From: an uncultured virus (IMG/VR IMGVR_UViG_3300037067_026316)
Taxonomy: Duplodnaviria; Heunggongvirae; Uroviricota; Caudoviricetes
Reading direction: 5' to 3' (one strand)
Length of the DNA: 22,926 nt
IMG/VR virus record: IMGVR_UViG_3300037067_026316
The notes beneath the pieces were generated by a model. It ran no database searches and had not been told where the DNA came from. It saw only the letters and a program-made list of their open reading frames with translations. Below are positions 17,084 to 22,926 of this stretch, one piece after another. The translations under genes were made by a program, and so were the position numbers. The stretch's first letter is position 1, and every line of letters starts with the position of its first letter.

Positions 17084-17584
17084 GTGAATCATATGAGAGG
17101 CAATACTTTTGAAAGAGATATGGTAAAGGCTTACAATGTATTTTTTAGGGAGAGAAAAATAAAAGGTTATGCATATAGGTTAAAACAATACAAGTATACT
17201 AGACAACTTATTGATATATTGGTTGATAGTCCTTTTCAAGAATACTATCAGGCAGTTGAATGCAAAAGCATAAAGATAACAAAAGGCAAGAATAACATCA
17301 ATTTTCACAGTTATTTTTCGGAGGGACAACTAGAAAATGAATATAGATTTATAGATTTAACAGGAAGAAGAGGAATACTTGCAGTGGAGCTTAGACATAC
17401 GCCAGATAGCTATATAGGGAAAAGAGGAGTTAGAGGAGGATGTTCAAAGGTATGGAGGGAAGCTTATTTAGTACCATTTGAATATGTATGGGAAGTATAT
17501 TTATCTGGAGCTAGATCGTTATCAGTAGATGAGGTAAGGGCTTTTCCTAACATAAAGAGGGAAAAATCGTTATATAGGTTATAG
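17084..17584 (+). CDS. PD-(D/E)xK nuclease, Holliday junction resolvase (Hjc/RecU-like)
   Basis: GNTFER, DILVD, AVECKS and downstream Q (SEGQL). Confidence 0.75.
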   Translation: MNHMRGNTFERDMVKAYNVFFRERKIKGYAYRLKQYKYTRQLIDILVDSPFQEYYQAVECKSIKITKGKNNINFHSYFSEGQLENEYRFIDLTGRRGILAVELRHTPDSYIGKRGVRGGCSKVWREAYLVPFEYVWEVYLSGARSLSVDEVRAFPNIKREKSLYRL

Positions 17585-17844
17585 ATTTTGCAAATTGTTT
17601 TATTATATCTTTACATTTTGTTTTTTATTAATTATTTTAATTTTGATAAAATGATTAGAATATGAGTGAAAAGTAGAGATAGTTGTGTAGTTGTATGTTT
17701 TAGAATTCATTTATCATAGAAATAGTAAAGAACTTATAGAAGAATATAAAATATAGTGATAGATGTTAAGGACGGTCAAAGTGAAAAAAGTATGGAGGTT
17801 TATGAAAATCTATATAGATTTTTGGACGGATCTGAGTAACATAT

Positions 17845-18018
17845 TATAATTGTACATATATAATTTGTAATACTATGCTTGCTTGATAGCGTTTGTTACA
17901 TAAATATATGGATGAGTATAAGAAAGTATATATGGCAGATAAAATGAGGCTAAATATATTCGTATAATAGTACAAATATAATTTGTAATACTATGGTTGC
18001 TTGATAGCGTTTGTTACA
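17845..18018 (+). repeat. Two 56-bp direct repeats (17845-17900 and 17963-18018), 53/56 identical
   Basis: TATAATwGTACAwATATAATTTGTAATACTATGsTTGCTTGATAGCGTTTGTTACA, period 118 bp. Confidence 0.85.
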
Positions 18019-18029
18019 GAGGTATATAG

Positions 18030-18530
18030 ATGGCTAGAAGAAAGCATATAAGGCATGTGGTTGAGGGTAGTGGGCTGGCAAGTTTAATCTTGGAATATCC
18101 CCAGGGATCAGAGCCTGCAACTATCGCTCAATGGCTGAATGAATCATATGGAACTGAATTCACTAGAGCTCATATAGAGGGCTTTCTACTAAGGGCTAGG
18201 AAACCAGGATATAAAGAAGCAATCCTGAGGTCGGAGATTGCTGAGACAGAGCACGTATTATCTAACTCAATAGATACGTTGGATGATATTATCGAGGATG
18301 CAAAATCTGTAGGCCCGAATTTTAGAAAGGATACATGTCAGATCCAGATTAATGCTATACTTGCCATGGGGAAGCTAATCAAGGATCGACGACTATATCT
18401 TAAAGAGCGCTTAAAGCTCTATGAGCTGCAGCAGTCTAAAGGGGATGTAGACATAGATCTTACGCCGTATCCACCAGAGATAGATATTAATGGTGAAACT
18501 CCACCACCGCTTAATCCAGAGATGCTATAG
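18030..18530 (+). CDS. Helical protein with N-terminal HTH-like segment, candidate terminase small subunit
   Basis: GAGGT RBS. ATIAQWLNESYGTEFTRAHI is HTH-like and is followed by long helices. It is the last convincing gene before terL, so the assignment is positional. Confidence 0.45.
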   Translation: MARRKHIRHVVEGSGLASLILEYPQGSEPATIAQWLNESYGTEFTRAHIEGFLLRARKPGYKEAILRSEIAETEHVLSNSIDTLDDIIEDAKSVGPNFRKDTCQIQINAILAMGKLIKDRRLYLKERLKLYELQQSKGDVDIDLTPYPPEIDINGETPPPLNPEML

Positions 18531-18917
18531 TTTTAATAATATGAATGTTATATATGTACGTATATGGGTGAGGTATACTACGTATAACTTATAGGCTCTT
18601 ATGCCTTTGACATAGTAGCTTATAAGTTATAACATTTTTATAAATATGTTTTCGGCTCGATAACCATAGGTGTACGCGGTGGGAAATGGTGTTATCGTGA
18701 ATCGATAGCAGTAGACTAAAGGAATCGCTATGAGAGAGTTGATCAAGTACAATTGTGTTTGATTCTATAGACTATGGAATAGCGAGGTTGCCAGAAGTGC
18801 TTTTAGGGTGCTTTTGCCTTTAAATCATAGCTGTAGGAATTGGTACATATAACTTATAGATAATGACCTCGGGAATTGGTATGTTTTAGTAGATATTAAA
18901 AAACAATTGATATCAGT

Positions 18918-18963
18918 AGACTTAAATTAGTTCGTTGCTAAAACAATGAACTAATTTAAGTCT
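18918..18963. other. Long hairpin / inverted repeat in the intergenic region upstream of terL
   Basis: AGACTTAAATTAGTTC / GAACTAATTTAAGTCT are perfect 16-bp arms, extendable to 20 bp with one G-U pair, leaving a 6-nt loop. Confidence 0.75.
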
Positions 18964-19494
18964 TGCAATTTTATTGAGAGGCTGGAGGATTAAAGGCCTT
19001 GGGAACAGGCTGCTATTTTATCTGATCTTCTGCAGGAGACCGGAGTATGGTATATTCGACAGCAGTAGACGGCACGAATCGAAATACCAGCACCGGGAGG
19101 GGTTTTTTAGTAAGACAAAGATATGGTGGGGTGGGGAGTCCTGAGGGGTACAAAAATCCTACATACATCTTTAGAAAATAGACTAATACTATATAAATAC
19201 TTATATTATAGTACACATCTACAACTAGTTATAGCTTTTTGAAGAGTTGAAAAAAGGAAGGACTTAAATTTGTATGTCATAAAAGATGGTTATGTGACGT
19301 ATAAAGGATTTTGTGTGTTATAGATTACTCATAAAGGAAGTATATAGAAAAAAATAAAATGTATATAGTGCTATATATTTTTTAAATTATATGTTTATTT
19401 CTGTAGTTATTATATAACAACAAAAATTTTTACTAAATTTTTAATATTTTTCAAACTCATATAGATTACATTTACTATACTATATCTATGAGAA

Positions 19495-21081
19495 ATGTTA
19501 TATAGAAAGAGCTTAGATCAAACATCAGGAAGGACAATGAAACTGAAGTTTGAAAGAAAAGAGTTATCGCTCATAGGTCGTTATCTAGCAAGGCCATTGA
19601 AAAAAGAGGAAGTAGAGGCCTTACAGTGGACCTATGATAGTTTTGCATATTTTACATATACTATTTATAAATGGGCTGTACAAAGGCATTTTGAAGAATT
19701 TGTTGGTGGACAATTTATAATTGATGAATGCAATTTCCTGCAGAACAACGATAAGACAATAACAGTAGAACCAAGAGCTCATTGGAAGAGCATGAGGTTT
19801 TATGCTTATCTAATGTGGAGGCTTTGGAAGAATAGGTATGATAGAAGGAATATAAGATCATCTTATTTTTCTTATAGAAAGACGCTAGCAGAAGAGCACG
19901 TTCAAACATTAAAGTATCTTGTTGGAGACTCTATTCTTCCTATCCTGGGAATGGTAGATGAAAAGGGAAGAGCGGATACATTAGCAAGATTTACATGGGA
20001 TTCCCACAGGCCTATGAGTGACCGTAAGAGGTTTATGGTTAAGCCTCATGGTCTCCTTGAGTTCTCAAGAGGCACTCATACTGAGATTGTACTTGTGGAT
20101 GATCCTCTTAAAGATGATTCTGATCCTAATGCAAGGACTAATGTCTGGCGAATTAATTCTATATTTGTCTCTGTAGTGATGAATATTCCTACCAGGGATG
20201 GAGTTTTACATGTAGTAGGAACTCCTCAAACAGAGGATGATTTTTTATTTGATAAGAATATTCAGAAAGAATTTAAAACTAGAGTAAAACCTGCTATATA
20301 TGTTGAGAATGGAGAGGAGAAAGCTCTATGGCCTGAGATGTTTCCCCTAGATCTTCTAAAAAAGATGAGGGAAAGCCGGAAGATAAAGCTGAAAGGCGGT
20401 GTGGTCTCAACCTTCGAGCAAGAATATATGTGCGCTCCCAGGGCTGCAGCATTTTCTTACTTTGACCATGAGCTATGCCAAAGATGTATAGATATATCTC
20501 TCCACAACAACGACTTTTTCAGCATAGGGGTTAAGTGGAGGCCATTCGCTGGAAGATATTGCATAGCAGGATATGACCCTGGCAAAAGGGTTAATCCAGG
20601 TCATTTTTCAGTTCTTGAAGTCTATGGAGGTCATTATACTCAACTTCTCAGCAAGTGGTTCGACCATGTAGATTATGCATCTGTAGGAGAAGTGGGATAC
20701 TCTCAATTTTCCTATATTAATAAAGCTAGAGAAAAATTGCATATTACTTCTATTATGGCAGATAATACTAGAGGAGAGCTTACTACTGCAGAAGAAAGAA
20801 AGATCATTCCGGGTTTGGTTTGTGTTTCCATCACCCCTAGAAAGAAAATGGAAATGGCACAGGCTATCGATTCTGCGATGACTGATAGAGTTCTACATCT
20901 TGTAGATGATGCAAGGCAAACCAGACAGCTCATGGGCATTCAGCAGGATCTGACTTGTGCGAGCACTTCTGAAGGCCATGGAGAGCCGTTAACTACCATA
21001 GGATTGCCCCTTTCTACTTTATATTTCAAGCAGGGGCTTCTAGGAGCTAGGAGAGGGAGTTATCTCATAAAGCTTCATTAA
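19495..21081 (+). CDS. terL: Terminase large subunit
   Basis: Walker A variant PRAHWKS, Walker B IVLVDDP, coupling motif VVGTP, LWPE, FEQEYMC, RNase H-like nuclease AGYDPG. The start may be the second Met. Confidence 0.85.
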   Translation: MLYRKSLDQTSGRTMKLKFERKELSLIGRYLARPLKKEEVEALQWTYDSFAYFTYTIYKWAVQRHFEEFVGGQFIIDECNFLQNNDKTITVEPRAHWKSMRFYAYLMWRLWKNRYDRRNIRSSYFSYRKTLAEEHVQTLKYLVGDSILPILGMVDEKGRADTLARFTWDSHRPMSDRKRFMVKPHGLLEFSRGTHTEIVLVDDPLKDDSDPNARTNVWRINSIFVSVVMNIPTRDGVLHVVGTPQTEDDFLFDKNIQKEFKTRVKPAIYVENGEEKALWPEMFPLDLLKKMRESRKIKLKGGVVSTFEQEYMCAPRAAAFSYFDHELCQRCIDISLHNNDFFSIGVKWRPFAGRYCIAGYDPGKRVNPGHFSVLEVYGGHYTQLLSKWFDHVDYASVGEVGYSQFSYINKAREKLHITSIMADNTRGELTTAEERKIIPGLVCVSITPRKKMEMAQAIDSAMTDRVLHLVDDARQTRQLMGIQQDLTCASTSEGHGEPLTTIGLPLSTLYFKQGLLGARRGSYLIKLH

Positions 21082-21122
21082 GAAAGTTATTTATACTATA
21101 ACTACGCTTTAGTCTCCTATAA
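21082..21122 (+). promoter_or_regulatory. Promoter P4 (BRE-TATA plus CTATAA-N15-CTATAA) of the RAMP-like operon
   Basis: GAAAGTTA-TTTATA, then CTATAA at 21096 and 21117. AGGAGA RBS before 21146. Confidence 0.7.
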
Positions 21123-21145
21123 CAAACAAAGGAGATGAACAAGGT

Positions 21146-21835
21146 ATGGCTTTCAAGAAAGAGAATGAGATCCCTGATAATGGGTATATAGATCTGCAGA
21201 TTGCGGCACCAATAAAGTATATTGTGAGCATTGTAGGACAATCAGATATTCTATTTAATCGAATGATAGATCAATCTGAGACTCCTGCAGAAGGAGTTTT
21301 AAACGGAAGTAAAAAGAGTGCAATTACAAAGGACAAAGCAGAAGTTGAGAGGCAGATCTGGAGGGAGAAGGCATACTTCAGACCAGAGAGTGAAGTTCTG
21401 TATATCCCAGGAGAGAACATTCATCAATGCATGGTAGATGGGGCTTCCTACTGGGGTATGACTATACCAGGTAGAGGAAAGACTCAGTATACAGGAGTGG
21501 TAAAGGCTGGAGTTATTTGCCAGGATATAAGCCTTGCAACATTGGATAGCGAAGGAAACTACGTTGAAGCAACAAAGGCTGATCTGGTTAGCTTCGGAAG
21601 GTCTGTGAATGGTACTCCTACTAAAGGAAAAGGAAGTAAGGTTTATAGAATCCGTCCTTCGCTGGAAAGCTGGAATGGAACATTCCTAATGACAGTTATA
21701 GATGCCCGTCTTACTCCTCAGATTTTGAGAACAATAGTCTCATATGCAGGCCTATATAGGGGTCTAGGGGATTGGAGGCCTAACCATGGGCGCTTTGAGC
21801 TGGAGCACCTGGGAGAAGTTATGGGTAAGGCATAA
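21146..21835 (+). CDS. Stand-alone RAMP/Cas7-like protein (putative RNA-guided effector)
   Basis: First strand IVSIVGQSDILFN. LYIPGENIHQCMVDGA resembles the RAMP YIPGSSxKG motif. RIRPSLESW-x-GTF strand. C-terminal Gly-rich loop AGLYRGLGDWRPNHGRF. Confidence 0.75.
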   Translation: MAFKKENEIPDNGYIDLQIAAPIKYIVSIVGQSDILFNRMIDQSETPAEGVLNGSKKSAITKDKAEVERQIWREKAYFRPESEVLYIPGENIHQCMVDGASYWGMTIPGRGKTQYTGVVKAGVICQDISLATLDSEGNYVEATKADLVSFGRSVNGTPTKGKGSKVYRIRPSLESWNGTFLMTVIDARLTPQILRTIVSYAGLYRGLGDWRPNHGRFELEHLGEVMGKA

Positions 21836-21863
21836 GCTGCCCATACCTTTTTAGGTGGTTTTT

Positions 21864-22646
21864 ATGAAAGAGTTGTCTTCGGCAGATACCAAAGAGCTTG
21901 TTAATTTGTATATTGAAGAGCTCGGACAGACTGGAACGGCTAGAAAGCTTACAGAACTTGGATATAGGAGCCCTGAAGGTTCTTCAATTTTACAAGCACA
22001 TATACATAAAATTATGCATGGAGCAAATATTTGCCTTTTAGCTCCTGAGAAAGAGCAGCAACTTAAGGATGTTATAGAAAGTAAAGAACAAACTCAGATA
22101 GATATTTGGGCTCCTTATGATCCATTCATCCCTAATAAGCGTATAAGGAGTCCACAAGATATCATAGAAGATGCTGCAAATTGGATAAATGATGTGGTTT
22201 GTAAAGTTAAGATGTATGGAGAAGTTCCTAAAGGAGAAATACAATTTACTCATATCTTAATGTCAAATCTTCTTGAGGTGAATTATATTCCTGGTAGAGT
22301 AAATAGAGTCTACTATGACTTTGTAACTGATCTTAGGGTAGTTTTGATGAAAAAGTATGGTATTTCTCTTAGGACCTTAAGATTTAGGTGTTCAGCTAAT
22401 GGGGAGACTGGCGGCTATGCTGTAGAGACTAGAGGGCAATTTTCTTATGTAAGTCAGCTTTTGGATAAGATGGTTAGTTATGGGTCTCGCGCATCGATGT
22501 ATATATCTCAAATAGAGGCACGGCAATTGGAAATTCAAGATCCTCAACTTAAGGAGAGAATTCAAAGAATTAGGCCTCAGCTTCTTGGTATGAATGAAAA
22601 ACTAGGGACTTCTAGGATACGTATCGGCAAGAGGGAGAATTTATGA
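21864..22646 (+). CDS. Hypothetical protein with N-terminal HTH-like domain, co-operonic with the RAMP-like gene
   Basis: AGGTGG RBS before ATG 21864 (track start 21855). TARKLTELGYRSPEG resembles the DNA-binding helix motif of recombinase/HTH domains. Confidence 0.6.
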   Translation: MKELSSADTKELVNLYIEELGQTGTARKLTELGYRSPEGSSILQAHIHKIMHGANICLLAPEKEQQLKDVIESKEQTQIDIWAPYDPFIPNKRIRSPQDIIEDAANWINDVVCKVKMYGEVPKGEIQFTHILMSNLLEVNYIPGRVNRVYYDFVTDLRVVLMKKYGISLRTLRFRCSANGETGGYAVETRGQFSYVSQLLDKMVSYGSRASMYISQIEARQLEIQDPQLKERIQRIRPQLLGMNEKLGTSRIRIGKRENL

Positions 22647-22846
22647 GAAAATCAAGTGTAAAGTTAGAGCTTAATGGTGAGGAAAGGTTGTTGTTTACTA
22701 AACCTAGATTAAGACAAATTGATAGCAATGGACGGGTATTTGTGTCTAAGAATTATGTTGGCAAAGAGGTTCTAATGTTGTTAATTGATCCTATAGATGA
22801 GGATTTTAAGAACTTCAATCCTATAGCGAAGACTTACATCTTGTGA
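22643..22846 (+). CDS. Small AbrB/DUF2080-like swapped-hairpin DNA-binding protein
   Basis: RQIDSNGRVFVSKNYVGKEVLMLL. ATGA-coupled to the upstream gene. Confidence 0.6.
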   Translation: MRKSSVKLELNGEERLLFTKPRLRQIDSNGRVFVSKNYVGKEVLMLLIDPIDEDFKNFNPIAKTYIL

Positions 22847-22862
22847 ATAAAGTTAAAATAAA

Positions 22863-22926
22863 GGCAAGGCAAGGTTCAAGGCCTGGCATGGCTAGGCTAG
22901 GCAGGGCAAGGCAAGGCAAGGCAAGG
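22863..22926 (+). repeat. GGY-NN pentamer array 2 (truncated by the window end)
   Basis: GGCAA GGCAA GGTTCAA GGCCT GGCAT GGCTA GGCTA GGCAG GGCAA GGCAA GGCAA GGCAA GG. Same delimiter as array 1. Confidence 0.88.

Noticed and set aside
19013..19216. 67-aa minus-strand ORF upstream of terL
   Set aside because: No RBS or motif, and opposite to the local gene orientation. It cannot be fully excluded.
19470..19492. Partial gapped match of the array 2 dinucleotide code to AT-rich DNA upstream of terL
   Set aside because: Only about five dinucleotides match, in very AT-rich sequence, which is expected by chance. No self-target could be established by eye.
4365..22253. Antisense or nested track ORFs (4365, 8896, 9660, 10349, 10679, 11651, 12594, 13597, 13952, 14390, 14590, 14868, 15190, 15218, 19715, 20712, 22038)
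   Set aside because: They are shadow ORFs opposite well-supported genes or purine-rich non-coding DNA, with biased F/S/L/I composition and no motifs.

Overview
AT-rich, densely coding fragment of a probable tailed archaeal virus or provirus. A methanogen host is inferred from the archaeal BRE/TATA promoters, the archaeal-type class III RNR, an Hjc-like resolvase and a DUF2080-like gene. It carries nucleotide-metabolism genes (intein-containing NrdD, dCMP deaminase, an SPL-like radical SAM enzyme), many small Zn-finger ORFs, four signal-peptide proteins, a Prim-Pol/SF3 primase-helicase, a resolvase and a terminase. The standout is a solitary RAMP/Cas7-like gene (21146-21835), with no other cas genes and no CRISPR array in the window. 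Its operon ends in a GC-rich array of GGY-NN pentamers (22863 to window end). A second, complete array with the same grammar lies at 2734-2935. Both arrays are punctuated by the same AAGGCAAGGTTCRAGGC delimiter, and both lie downstream of the same TATA-CTATAR-N15-CTATAR promoter motif. Together these suggest a virus-encoded, non-CRISPR RNA-guided system in which the variable dinucleotides carry the information. All family assignments come from motif recognition by eye; no database searches were run.
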